From contig OZ374562.1 in assembly GCA_977862235.1 (NCBI GenBank), forward strand, positions 2,418,001 to 2,482,000: a stretch of DNA of 64,000 nucleotides. The letters run 5' to 3'. Position numbers and translations under genes: made by a program. The stretch is from Dudresnaya verticillata (lineage: Eukaryota). The first letter of the stretch is position 1, and each line of letters begins with the position of its first letter. This document shows, piece by piece, positions 17,073 through 29,300 of this stretch. Below the pieces are notes generated by a model, which saw nothing but the letters and a program-made list of their open reading frames with translations, did not search any database and was not told the origin of the DNA.

Positions 17073-19297
17073 AGCTCGGTAGCACCGGGAACATCTCGTC
17101 CGACCTTGACAGTGCCAGTTAATACCAGTTCAACCAACCCGGTCGCCACGGAAACACTCCCATACTCATTCACAGCTTGTTCGAAGAGACTAGTGGCCCG
17201 AGACTTGTTCATCTCGACGTCTCGCCCACCGTTTGTGAAGAGTTGCACAAGATCTACTACTGCGCGAGCACCAGCACCATCCCCGACAGCACGGGCGTAC
17301 AATGAAGAGGCACGATTTTTGTCCTTTGGCACATCCTCACCACCGTCCAGCAGAATATTCGCAACACCGTATAGAGCTTCAACCGACGCTGTTTCAGTAA
17401 TCACAGATTCATACAATGCTACAGCGTCAGCCAAGTTCTTCTCCGTCCCGTTTTTCCCATCAGCAAGATATTCAGCAACCTTCGTCTTTGTCGCAACAAC
17501 CAAGTCTTCGTAACTCTGTCCTAACACCACTTTCGTATGGCCTAAGACGTTGCTCATGATGCGATTGAAAACTTGAGGGTGTGAATCCGCAAACCCGAAA
17601 GAATCATCAAGCACCAGAGTAGCAATCCCATACGCAATATCCACAATGTCTACTTCTGGTTTCTCAATGAATCTCTTCGTGCTGACACGAGACAAGAGCT
17701 CACGCATTGCTGAGCACGACACTGCGAACTCAATCTCTAAGCACGACCCTGTAAACTTTTCCAGAAACTCAACACAGGGTCCTAACCTGGTTTCCGTCTC
17801 CGAATCTTCAAACTCTCCAGGCGCAAGCAAGCAACTCCGAATGCCCTTCATCGACGCCACGATCCAGTCTCCAGAAAAGCTTAGCATCGCACTTCTCCAT
17901 GCCTCACAACTTCCCACGTAATCACCGTTCTCGTACAATGACCACATTGCCAAGAGGATACTTCGCCCAACCATTCCGAAAAGTCAATATCTACCCATGC
18001 CTTGTTCTAAACGTCGAGACATATATCACCCTTGAGTCGCGAAGACGTTGTCTACACACGATACCCTGGACGTCATGGATACCTTGCATTATTGCCATCG
18101 GACTCAAGCTCCATGACTCCTGCTCTCCGCGAGCAGCTGTTCTCCGTCGCACCTGACGCACCAGTATCTATGTTCCGGTACTCTGCCGCGCCCCCAGAAA
18201 GGTTTTGAAAAAGTTCTTTGTGTGTGCCGTCTGCCCACTTTTGCATGTGAGAAAACGGTTCATCATCACCAGATGCCGTATCGCACATGTCAAGGCCTTC
18301 GTATAACGCGCCATTTGTGCAGGCCGATTGCCTCTACCGGAAAGACGATAAAGTGTACCCCGCAAACCCCGCGATGGTCGACGTATTCCTCCATTGGCGC
18401 TTCTGAAGTGTTCCATTCGGCGGCGCCACATGCTGTTGAGTGAACAGCAGAAAAGCCAGCTGAAGATGCCGATACGGACACGTTTCCCACGAGTTGCGTT
18501 GTAACAATGCCAATCAGGCTTCGATTCGTGACTCCTTGAAGCTCTGTTCTAATGGACGGCAAAATCTCCGGCCACAGCGCCTCTGCGTACTTCCACATCA
18601 AGAACTTCAGGCCAGTCGTCGTCCCGTCAGTGTACCGGCGGGAGAACACGTTGGTAATCGTCATCGCTCGGGATTGCGCAGCCGACTGCGACTGCGCAAA
18701 GCCAGCGGCGGCGCCAACGGCTGTACCAGAGCGCAGCGTAAACGCACGACTTTGGTATGACTTCTCTGTGGCGATTATCTTGGCAACGTGGGTGTTCGGC
18801 GGGGAGGTTTTTGTGTTTTCAAACTCGGTCTCGAATGCAGCGATGACGGCGTCGTCCCAAGCTTCCAAACGTGAGGCGGATGCGACAGAAGCCAAACGGT
18901 CGAACATGGTACGCAGATTCAGTCTCGTGCTCTGCAGACTGTGGGCGCGGACGTTGGGGTCGCAGCGTATGTTGACGACTCGAAAAAGATCCAGTTGGTC
19001 TTCTGGCACCGGGCGAAACACTGAATAGGCTCTGAGATGTTGGTTGAGTATGGCGTGGACGTCCCAGCTGGAGATGGGGCTCTCGCTGTCGGAAGTGTCA
19101 GAAGTGCCAGAAGTGCCAGAAGCGGTCCTCCCGTGCGCAAGCAACCTATTGATCACTTTGGTCACAGCAGAAGCGATGGATGAGAAGCGAGCGTTGAGGC
19201 TAGGGGAGGAAGTGAGGTGTTCCTTCTTACGATGGCTGGCGGCGCGAGGACGGCGCTGCGGCGCGGGGCGAAGCGCAAGTTGTGAAGACGTCTTCAT
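16510..19297 (-). pseudogene. Frameshifted, 3'-truncated paralog (N-domain + Sel1-like repeats, no WD40)
   Basis: ORFs 18290-19297, 18073-18288 and 16622-17974 are collinear pieces of the 1620-aa protein. There is a +1 insertion near 18303 (gtataacg vs gtaaacg), a deletion near 17940 and a frameshift near 16640. Homology stops at about 16510. Confidence 0.88.
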
Positions 19298-19400
19298 CGA
19301 GCTGTTCAGCTCGTTTTAGTTTGCGCGCTGCGCACAACCGTGGTCCCTTTGGGTGCCGAGCGGCATGATGACGTCCTTGTGAGATCTTTGAGAGGTGCGG

Positions 19401-19496
19401 TCGGAGTTGTTCCGGGGACGCGGCATGGGGGCTCGGAGTTGTTCGGGGGACGCGGCATGGGGGCTCGGAGTTGTTCCGGGGGCGCGGCATGGGGAC
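19401..19496. repeat. 32-bp minisatellite, 3 copies (TCGGAGTTGTTCCGGGGACGCGGCATGGGGGC)
   Basis: Starts at 19401, 19433 and 19465 with 1-2 mismatches and no spacers. Confidence 0.92.
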
Positions 19497-19641
19497 GCCT
19501 TGTTTTGTTCAAAGTGAAGTCCCACGCCCGCCGCAAGATTTGAGAGCGCGCAGAAAGCGACGAAATTGGCGCAAAGTTTCTATTTCCACGGTGGAACACG
19601 CGTCGGCCTCTCCGCCGCCAACCGCAACACTCGCGCTCCGT

Positions 19642-22290
19642 TTACGTCTCAACGTCGAATATCAGCACCTGCCCGTTCTCCAGCCCCGCCACCACCTTGC
19701 GCGAAACCGCGTCGTACATCCACGCGTCCGCGCAGCCCACGCGCGCCGGCAGCGACGCCACCACGGCTGCGTGCGGCCCGGCCACCACCGAGCCTTCCGC
19801 GCAGCGCACGTCGACGCATCCGTCCGCCAGCCGCTCGTCGCCGCGCAGCCCGCCCTTCTCCACGAACAGCACGCGCAGGCCCTCGAACAGCGCCGCAAAC
19901 GCGTCGGCCGTCTCCGCGCGCGCGCGCCCCGTCGCCATGTCCCACAGCCGCCGCCGCCCGTCCAGCGCCTCGGACACCACCACGCGCCGGTCCGCGCTCA
20001 GCGTCACGCTCTCCACCCACCCGCTGTGCCGCCGCTCCGCCTCGACCACGCGCTTTGCGGCCGCCGAATCCCATACCCGTAGCGTCTTGTCCGACGACCC
20101 GGACAGGATGTGCCGCCCGTCGCCGCTCACGTCCACGCACTCCACAGCTCCCGAATGGCCTCGCAACGCGTCGCCGACCTGTTTGCCGCTCTTGAGATCC
20201 CACACCCTCACCGTCTTGTCCCACGATCCGGACACAGCGCGGCGCCCGTCAGGCGTTATTGCTACGCAACCAACCCAACCTGTATGACCGCTCAACTCCG
20301 TGCCTTCCTGCTCGCCATTCGCGGCATCCCACACCCTTAACGTCTTGTCCTTCGAGCCGGACACAATTCGCTGCCCGTCAGCGCTTACTGCTACGCAACG
20401 CACCCAGTCCGTATGCCCGCATAGTGGCTTGCATACTTGCCTGCCACTTTTCATATCCCACATTCTCACCGTCCTGTCGAGCGATCCGGACACAATCGTG
20501 TGCCCATCAGGAGTTATTGCCACACAAGCTACCGAACCCGTATGGCCACGCAAGGGCTCGCCCACCCTCTCGCTAGTCACGATATCCCATACTTGCAAGT
20601 TGTTATCCCACGACGCAGAGACCACGTGCCGCCTGTTAGCACTCACCGCCACGCACCTGACTGAACCCGAATGAGCCCGCAACGGCTCACCTACAGCCTT
20701 GGCCTTCTCTCGGTCCCAAACGCGCAACGCGCCATCCTTGGCACCCGATACAATGGTCTGCCCGTCTGGACTCACCGCCACGCAACTCACAGAGCTCGAA
20801 TGGCCGACATATTCTCGGGTAACAAGCGTAGTGTGAGTGTCGATCAGCAAGACCTTGTTTCCAACTGTTGCGACAAGTTCGTCAGCGTTGTCGCCTGGCG
20901 AAGAAGCAAGACTGAAAACCGTGTCCGGAAAGGGGATTTGCAGTTGCTGGCGACCGCCAGGAATGTTCCAGCACATGGTCAGTGGTCGGAGACGAGGAGT
21001 GGGAACCAGGTTTGCAGCAGTATCGAGATAGCGCTGCACAAGCCACGAGTGGGAATAGGAATCGGCGAGTCTAGAGCGCATCTGGAACAAGAGCTCGGTG
21101 GGGTTTCGAACGATGAACGGGAAACTCTCTTGGGCCGCAAGTCGTAGCACGTGGAAGCCGCTCTCAAAGTCGTCGTGACGCACTAGACCACTCGACACGC
21201 ATGCCTCTCGCAAGTCGTATATAGCGTCGATCCAGCGCGGCGTGTCCAAAGGATTGTTGATGTCGCTCGGCAAGCGCGCAACAGTTTGAGGGTCCTCAGC
21301 AGCGACGTGCTCGCGGGGATCCTGTTGGTGCCTCGTGAAGCGGGCAGGGTGCGGGTGGTGGTGGTGGTGGTCGTCGTCGTCGTCCTCCTCCTCCTCCTCC
21401 TCCTCCGCGCGTAGATGTTGATAAGCCCGGCGAAGCGTGTCAATGCTCTTGCACACCGACCTGAAGCACACGATTTTGTCGCCCTGCACTTCAAGGCCAT
21501 CGTAAATATACTGCGCAACAGCAACCGTGTGCTCCACCAGACATCTCACCGTAAGCAAGAAGCACTTCCGCGGCGACTTGCCTGACCTTCCGCGAGCAGC
21601 CTGCTCCAAAACAGCGCGCACCTCGTCGACATCGCCAAGCAGCGCGCGACCGCGGCCGGTGCCGCGCCGCGGTTCCCCCTCGGCAGGCGCCGCCACCGCG
21701 CGGCGGCCGCGGCCGCGCATGCGGCGCGCCTCCGCCACCAGGCGCGCCGCGCGCGGCTCATCGCTGCACACGCCGGCATCGCCGCGCGCAAGCAGCAACG
21801 CCAGCTCCGTGCGCGCCGCGGGCGGCGCGCGGTCGCCGCGCCGCAGCGCGCGCTCCAGCAGACGGCGCGCGTGCGAAGGGTCGCGCAGCGCGCCCACGGC
21901 GCGCCACTGCAGCACCTGCGCGAGGCGCACGCAGCGCTCGGCGTCCGCGTCGATGTCGATGTCGATGTCGCTGTCGACGTCGATGTCGATGTCCGCGCCG
22001 GCCGCGCACGCGCGGCGCAGCAGGGCGACCGCGGCCGCGACGTCGCGCGGCGCGGCGCACGCGGCCGACAGGTGCAGCTCGGCGCGCGCGGCCATGGCCG
22101 CGGCGTCGCGCGGGTCGCGCAGGGGGGGCGGGGAGGGGTGCGACGCGCGGGACATGGCGGGGGCGGGCGCGGCGGACGGTGAGGGAGGGAGGCGCGCGGT
22201 TGGGACGGCGGGGGCGGGGTGGTGCGCGCGCGGGGCATAGTCCGATGGCGGGGCGGTGGACGCGTGCGGCGTTGCGCTGTGCAGCTGCAC
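19642..22290 (-). CDS. Divergent Sel1-like/helical/WD40 paralog lacking the N-terminal gasdermin-like domain (up to 882 aa; true start may be a downstream Met)
   Basis: Intact ORF with about 3 Sel1-like units, the same helical domain (LVEHTVAVAQYIY...LLFQMRSRL...LRPL), about 7 WD40 repeats that are more diverged from each other, and the same C-terminus (LENGQVLIFDVET*). GC-rich at both ends. Confidence 0.9.
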   Translation of the reverse strand: MQLHSATPHASTAPPSDYAPRAHHPAPAVPTARLPPSPSAAPAPAMSRASHPSPPPLRDPRDAAAMAARAELHLSAACAAPRDVAAAVALLRRACAAGADIDIDVDSDIDIDIDADAERCVRLAQVLQWRAVGALRDPSHARRLLERALRRGDRAPPAARTELALLLARGDAGVCSDEPRAARLVAEARRMRGRGRRAVAAPAEGEPRRGTGRGRALLGDVDEVRAVLEQAARGRSGKSPRKCFLLTVRCLVEHTVAVAQYIYDGLEVQGDKIVCFRSVCKSIDTLRRAYQHLRAEEEEEEEDDDDDHHHHHPHPARFTRHQQDPREHVAAEDPQTVARLPSDINNPLDTPRWIDAIYDLREACVSSGLVRHDDFESGFHVLRLAAQESFPFIVRNPTELLFQMRSRLADSYSHSWLVQRYLDTAANLVPTPRLRPLTMCWNIPGGRQQLQIPFPDTVFSLASSPGDNADELVATVGNKVLLIDTHTTLVTREYVGHSSSVSCVAVSPDGQTIVSGAKDGALRVWDREKAKAVGEPLRAHSGSVRCVAVSANRRHVVSASWDNNLQVWDIVTSERVGEPLRGHTGSVACVAITPDGHTIVSGSLDRTVRMWDMKSGRQVCKPLCGHTDWVRCVAVSADGQRIVSGSKDKTLRVWDAANGEQEGTELSGHTGWVGCVAITPDGRRAVSGSWDKTVRVWDLKSGKQVGDALRGHSGAVECVDVSGDGRHILSGSSDKTLRVWDSAAAKRVVEAERRHSGWVESVTLSADRRVVVSEALDGRRRLWDMATGRARAETADAFAALFEGLRVLFVEKGGLRGDERLADGCVDVRCAEGSVVAGPHAAVVASLPARVGCADAWMYDAVSRKVVAGLENGQVLIFDVET
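21354..21406 (-). repeat. Compound trinucleotide microsatellite encoding a poly-E/poly-D/poly-H run
   Basis: (GTG)n(GTC)n(CTC)n on the plus strand, inside the 882-aa ORF. Confidence 0.9.
21949..21993 (-). repeat. (GTCGAT)n hexanucleotide repeat encoding DIDIDVDSDIDIDID
   Basis: Directly visible, in frame within the 882-aa ORF. Confidence 0.9.
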
Positions 22291-25200
22291 TGTTGTCTGT
22301 ACAGCTTTATGCGCACGCGCTCAGACATGCAAATTTCAGTGGAACCGACGCTCTGCCTCTGACCTCGCGCGCGCTCGCAGCGCGATATGTTACGCGTCGC
22401 CCAACCGCGCCGCGGCCCGTGCTGCAACAATCACTTCGTTGCGTTCATATGAAAGAGGAGCAGCAGATGTTATGCCACATAGCCGCCTGCTATTAATGTT
22501 GAATACTGCCTTACTCGTGGACGACATCACTTGGTGTAATCGCACTAACCTCAGCAAGTGTTTATCCGCCAAGTTGCATAAGTGGACGTGTTGAGAAAGA
22601 AAGTGAGCTGTGTAGCGTCAACCAATTTTGCGGATGAGGTAAGCAAACATTGAGGTGGATGCTGAATTCATCTTGTGTGATTGTTAATCGTTTTGTTTAG
22701 ATGTATTACTTGAGGTCTATGGTCTCCACACTCTATTAGGAACAGACCTGCCTTTAGCATGTCGTGGTTTAGCAATGACTACGAAGCAGTACAAGTACTC
22801 TACCGGATCTCGGGTTTGATACCAGGACACTACGCTTTGAGAACAACTATCACCATATCCAACACCCACGAAGAAGAAAAAAGAACTGTTCTCAGCCTAC
22901 ATATACGTGTGACCTGCAGCTTTTGAACAGAACTGTAACAGCGGGCCTCTACATATAGCAATACAAAGTAAAGGATGGGTCTTAAACGAGAAACTAATAT
23001 TGCTCTCCAGCTGCCTTAACGCAGTACGAAGCATTCTGTCCCCGCGCTGCAATAATCACTTCGATGACATTAATACCACATAAAGCATTGTCGGGGGATG
23101 GATTACATCCCTTAAGAGTAGGAAAACAACTTATTGAATCCGGAAAGGATAGGGTATCGTCTACAGTCGCAACACTCGTACCTTTACAACCTTTTCTTCC
23201 GAGAGTTGAACGTATCGTTACATCAGGCTAATTCTGTTATTGTGAAATAGAACCAACCCCTTATGAATATGGGCATGTAGCAGACCGGGATAAAGATCTC
23301 GCGATATTTGCACCTTCGCGGATTCGGTCCAAAATGATTTGAAGGCACAGCAATCATAGCAATACTGTATGGACGTTTTCGTTGATGTCCTTCGCAGCGT
23401 GGCTTCGCACCAACTGCTCAAGCGTTTGATGTCTCGGTTGTAACTCCGCACTCTTCCTCTTCTCGTGCTCTGCCTCGAGCCCATCTTGCGATTCAATCTC
23501 GTGAAAAGGAAAAAGTCCGCCACTATCGTAGGCTCTGCGAAAACAACCATTTCCAGTCGATTTCGAACTACATCCCATGGCTATGGACATCTATGGCTCC
23601 ATCGGCCATGGCTTTGATCGCGGTGCGCAACTGTACACAATCTGCTCTCAACACAATCTTGCGAGTATCGCAAGTGATGCTTGCGGGTGTAATGTGTAAG
23701 CCCCTCCCTTTTGTGTCATTATGGTCATCTTAAAGGGAGAAGCGTTTTATCCGGGTCCGAGTTGCTCACCGCAACAATCACAGCCCGTTTCCCTTTCGTC
23801 CGGGCGTCTTCCTGAAGTATGAGAACATGAAACCATGCTGCATACGGACAAATTCTGTGGGTTACAACAGGGTCCGATCCATATAATTGTCGCCTGTGGA
23901 GAAAGAAAAAGGGCAAGCAATAAGGAATCCTAAAAGCAAAGGTAACACCCCGTGTGCAATAGAATGTATCTAGTAATAGAATACAATTCGACAATCTTGT
24001 CCGGTAAGCCCATTGCACTCTAAAGCAGTTGTGCAGTAGCTAGTGATACTTAACAAAACTTGCTTGGCTGCTATGGACCGAGTATAACTTCACTATAGGT
24101 TTTGTGAGGCAATAAGGGTAGCCCCGTTTTCATCCGTGGAAACGTTTGTCGAGCCCTGACGAGAAGTGCCATCGAATACCTTAATATTTGTCGCTATGCT
24201 GCTGTTGTGCTATGCCTTCTCTTTCCACAGTACTGCAGTTCACAGTACAGTACCCAAATTCCCAATCCCGACTTTATAGTGCGCTTCATCGGCTCATCGT
24301 AGTCGAAGGTTCAAAGCTCCCTCAACCACACACGCCGAGTCGGGTTTCTAATCCACACAACAAGAACACATGGTGAATATTCCGCTCCCAACACATTGCC
24401 TTGTTGTTCAGTCTTCACGTTTGCAGACAAACCTAATGTAACAGCTACAGACTTGATTTGTTTTTATGTAAGAGGCCGGCAATGTAACAGACAATGCACA
24501 CTCCACTTTTCATGAAGTGCATACATCGAGTGAAACTGTTTACGACCATTACCACACATCCTGGACGTTAGCAATTTTGGCGCTCTGTACGGATTCCTGA
24601 CCACAAGGCAGGAGCGCATCATAACGCGCTCTAGCGTTCTAGTATGGATCTAGCCGTTCAGCAGATCTAGCGCTGTCTCCGATGGCGCGGAAGACATAAG
24701 AGATTTCTCCGAGACACTACTGTATATTGAGTTTCCGAAGCGCATTCGAGAAAGGCCTTGCTGGGAACGGCGGCCGCATCGCGATGGTGCTGTGCTACGT
24801 ATTTCGTTCCATGGCTATGCTTTTCTTCCGTCGTGGAGATAGCGTGGCTTACTTGTGACCTTGACTTTGAGTAGTTAACAGCTGGTGCATACAACACTTG
24901 AATGCAATGAGGGTATCGCCATGCAATGGTGCTAATTCAATTGCCAGTGTAGCAAACGGAAGCACACGCTTCACGGTCGCACTACACGAACGGCTGAGAA
25001 CCGCGAACAACAGAGGTAGTGTTCAGACACTCCAGACCCTCCATTCGCACTATGACGGCTGCTTCCATAACGGCATGTCACATTGTCTACATATTGAATG
25101 CGGTTGTGTGCCCTGTTGCGAAGATTCGAGTCCGCTTCCGCACTGCAGTTGTTCCATCCATCCAGAACCTATATTTTATGTTAGCTATCTGTTATCCACA

Positions 25201-25820
25201 TACTCAGCCCCAGACCCCAAACAGTATACCTCTATGTTGACAATACCTAGAGTCTGTAGTATAGCTATGCTTCTAGCTCTATACATAGAGTGTGCATGCC
25301 ACGGAACTCGAACCGCTTTGTTAAATATTCTACGCTACAGCAGTAGCACTGAAACGGTTTCCGACCTCTTATTCTGCCGAACAAGGTCGAGACTACTTTG
25401 CCCGCACACATGCGCAGTTGCAACAGTTTCAACACCTATCTTTTAATGCAATGCCAACATGGTGTTAGACAAAGCGTTCTGCATCGAATGCGTCCTTCTG
25501 CATCTACAGGATGCAATCCTGCAAGCCGACGCTGCGAACTTTACCATCTACACATCCTTCAACTTTATTTTTCCAGTCATGACCGGCCGCAGTTCTCTCA
25601 CGCAGTTCTCTCACACCGAATTGGTAGAACAAAGTTCCTTCCGTTCCGTACTTAAAGCCCTTAACGTCTCAATCGCAGTCCAAAATATTCCCACCCACCA
25701 CACCCCCATCGCATCACATCTACCTGTTATTACAGGTACAAACGTAGTCAAAAGAACTGCACAGGTAGGTACCCTGCCCCTTCATCAACTCTCCGTCGCC
25801 TACCAACTCAACAGCTCAAT

Positions 25821-26348
25821 ATGTTTACTCGATTTGTCCTTTTTGTGGCACTCGTGCTCCCGTATTTATGCTCTGCTGTCAGGTGCCCTCTCCGTGGTGT
25901 CTGTGTGCCGGATTATATTTGCCGTATCCAAGGCCGTCGGCCCTTGCACGGGAATTATTGTGGGCATCAGAGAGGCGTTGAATGCTGCCCCTACTTCAGG
26001 TACCGGTTTTGCTCTGTCGATCGAGGGCGTTTTCTCGACCGTGCACAAGGGGTTTGCCAACCTAGCTCTACATGCCGCGGAAAAGGTGCATACTCCGTCG
26101 AGACGTCACAATGCAGTTCTGGTCACTTTATTACATGCTGTGTTGGCTCCTCCATACTGCCATATCTACCTGGCCCTTCCAGTGATCCACGGTATCCATA
26201 CAGAAAGGCTGTTTCTGCGACTCGTACAGGGACGTCCAAGGGGTCAGTGAGAGCACTTACTACGGCCGCCACGGAGACCACCACGAAGACTTTGGAAGAC
26301 ACCTCTGTGGGATTGGAAAGGCGTACCAAGGATACCATCCAGCACTAG
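25821..26348 (+). CDS. Secreted cysteine-rich protein with two beta-defensin-like 6-Cys modules and a Ser/Thr-rich tail (copy 1)
   Basis: ATG and signal-like MFTRFVLFVALVLPYLCSA. Module 1 is C-x5-C-x5-C-x12-C-x7-CC and module 2 is C-x14-C-x5-C-x12-C-x7-CC, both with GVC at the second Cys. The modules are Arg-rich. Confidence 0.8.
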   Translation: MFTRFVLFVALVLPYLCSAVRCPLRGVCVPDYICRIQGRRPLHGNYCGHQRGVECCPYFRYRFCSVDRGRFLDRAQGVCQPSSTCRGKGAYSVETSQCSSGHFITCCVGSSILPYLPGPSSDPRYPYRKAVSATRTGTSKGSVRALTTAATETTTKTLEDTSVGLERRTKDTIQH

Positions 26349-29300
26349 AAGTGTACAGAGAGATCTCCTTTGCAGCCTACCAAAATGTCAAGGTTTCAGA
26401 AGGTACTGTTTGTGAGGCGGTTGAGAGTGAAGTCATAGAAGGTATGAATTTTGTATCGTCCATGTCTGTCAATGTTGGTAAGTATGTGGGCAGCATAGTG
26501 TGAAGATTTTTTGTTGTATCTTATCGCTTTTGGTCGTCGCTGTTATAGCTGTGGCTGCGAAGCAAGTGTGATTATGTTGTTATGTTATTGTGGGATCCCA
26601 GTTATTGTTGGAGCCATCGAAAGTAGTTTAGCAGCACGAGAGGTTGAAGTAAATGTCGCCATGTAGATGCTTCTGTCAATACCCAATTCCATCGGTGTTC
26701 ATAACAATCGGGCCTGAGAGCGCACAAATCGGTGCCTTTTTTTCGACGACCAAGTCTAAGGCAGGGAATGGGTGACATTAAACAATTATCTGCAAAAGTA
26801 GTTCGTGTCTCTCTAACAATGAGTTGGCTTGACTGAACAAAAGGGAACCCCGAAAGCATCTACTCCGTGTCTCCATACTTTGAAGACAACAGAAAGATCT
26901 ATCCAGGCTTCAGGCTCCGGGCTGCCCCTCCGGGCTGTAGGAAGAGCCTGGTCATCAGGGAGAATTCAGTAATGTTCTCTATATTTTTCCTCATAGTTCG
27001 TTAGTGTTACAGTGCGTCGCCGTCTCAGTTAACAGGCGTAAGCTTGTTGACCGCCGTGTTAGAAACAGTGCATATTAAGTCCCCTTAAGGGGCTTACTCT
27101 CCAATTTGAGAATAAAGGGATGCTTGCTCATAGCGATGCTGCGGTATAGCAAGGCGTAAAGGAGATTGGCAACATAATTATACTTATTCAACAAATGCAT
27201 TCATGATCATCACAACTTTATTGAAGCAAGACGAAGCTGCTTTGAACACTGAAATCCAGTGCTATCCCTTGCAGGAAATATTTCATATGAAAGAAGAGCA
27301 GCAGAAGTCCTGCCGCATAGCCACATGCATAATAAAACACTCCTAACCCTGCGGCCAACACGCTTACGCCTGCTATTTGTGTTGAATACTGTCTTACTAC
27401 ATCACTCGTGGACGACATCACTTGGTGTAATCGCACTAACCTCAGCAAGTGTTTATCCGCCAAGTTGCATAAGTGGACGTGTTGAGAAAGAAAGTGAGCT
27501 GTGTAGCGTCAACCAATTTTGCGGATGAGGTAAGCAAACATTGAGGTGGATGCTGAATTCATCTTGTGTGATTGTTAATCGTTTTGTTTAGATGTATTAC
27601 TTGAGGTCTATGGTCTCCACACTCTATTAGGAACAGACCTGCCTTTAGCATGTCGTGGTTTAGCAATGACTACGAAGCAGTACAAGTACTCTACCGGATC
27701 TCGGGTTTGATACCAGGACACTACGCTTTGAGAACAACTATCACCATATCCAACACCCACGAAGAAGAAAAAAGAACTGTTCTCAGCCTACATATACGTG
27801 TGACCTGCAGCTTTTGAACAGAACTGTAACAGCGGGCCTCTACATATAGCAATACAAAGTAAAGGATGGGTCTTAAACGAGAAACTAATATTGCTCTCCA
27901 GCTGCCTTAACGCAGTACGAAGCATTCTGTCCCCGCGCTGCAATAATCACTTCGATGACATTAATACCACATAAAGCATTGTCGGGGGATGGATTACATC
28001 CCTTAAGAGTAGGAAAACAACTTATTGAATCCGGAAAGGATAGGGTATCGTCTACAGTCGCAACACTCGTACCTTTACAACCTTTTCTTCCGAGAGTTGA
28101 ACGTATCGTTACATCAGGCTAATTCTGTTATTGTGAAATAGAACCAACCCCTTATGAATATGGGCATGTAGCAGACCGGGATAAAGATCTCGCGATATTT
28201 GCACCTTCGCGGATTCGGTCCAAAATGATTTGAAGGCACAGCAATCATAGCAATACTGTATGGACGTTTTCGTTGATGTCCTTCGCAGCGTGGCTTCGCA
28301 CCAACTGCTCAAGCGTTTGATGTCTCGGTTGTAACTCCGCACTCTTCCTCTTCTCGTGCTCTGCCTCGAGCCCATCTTGCGATTCAATCTCGTGAAAAGG
28401 AAAAAGTCCGCCACTATCGTAGGCTCTGCGAAAACAACCATTTCCAGTCGATTTCGAACTACATCCCATGGCTATGGACATCTATGGCTCCATCGGCCAT
28501 GGCTTTGATCGCGGTGCGCAACTGTACACAATCTGCTCTCAACACAATCTTGCGAGTATCGCAAGTGATGCTTGCGGGTGTAATGTGTAAGCCCCTCCCT
28601 TTTGTGTCATTATGGTCATCTTAAAGGGAGAAGCGTTTTATCCGGGTCCGAGTTGCTCACCGCAACAATCACAGCCCGTTTCCCTTTCGTCCGGGCGTCT
28701 TCCTGAAGTATGAGAACATGAAACCATGCTGCATACGGACAAATTCTGTGGGTTACAACAGGGTCCGATCCATATAATTGTCGCCTGTGGAGAAAGAAAA
28801 AGGGCAAGCAATAAGGAATCCTAAAAGCAAAGGTAACACCCCGTGTGCAATAGAATGTATCTAGTAATAGAATACAATTCGACAATCTTGTCCGGTAAGC
28901 CCATTGCACTCTAAAGCAGTTGTGCAGTAGCTAGTGATACTTAACAAAACTTGCTTGGCTGCTATGGACCGAGTATAACTTCACTATAGGTTTTGTGAGG
29001 CAATAAGGGTAGCCCCGTTTTCATCCGTGGAAACGTTTGTCGAGCCCTGACGAGAAGTGCCATCGAATACCTTAATATTTGTCGCTATGCTGCTGTTGTG
29101 CTATGCCTTCTCTTTCCACAGTACTGCAGTTCACAGTACAGTACCCAAATTCCCAATCCCGACTTTATAGTGCGCTTCATCGGCTCATCGTAGTCGAAGG
29201 TTCAAAGCTCCCTCAACCACACACGCCGAGTCGGGTTTCTAATCCACACAACAAGAACACATGGTGAATATTCCGCTCCCAACACATTGCCTTGTTGTTC

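Noticed and set aside
19401..19496. 32-bp repeats as a CRISPR array
   Set aside because: The copies are directly adjacent with no spacers, there are no cas genes, and the context is eukaryotic.
23218..24018. Short minus-strand ORFs in each unit as a decayed transposon gene
   Set aside because: They are fragmentary with no motif I can assign. One is broken by the A/T variant in later units.
25459..26250. 263-aa ORF overlapping the Cys-rich gene, and the 182-aa ORF at 24898-25446
   Set aside because: No recognisable motifs. The 175-aa frame has a signal peptide and a duplicated Cys pattern, so these are probably shadow ORFs.
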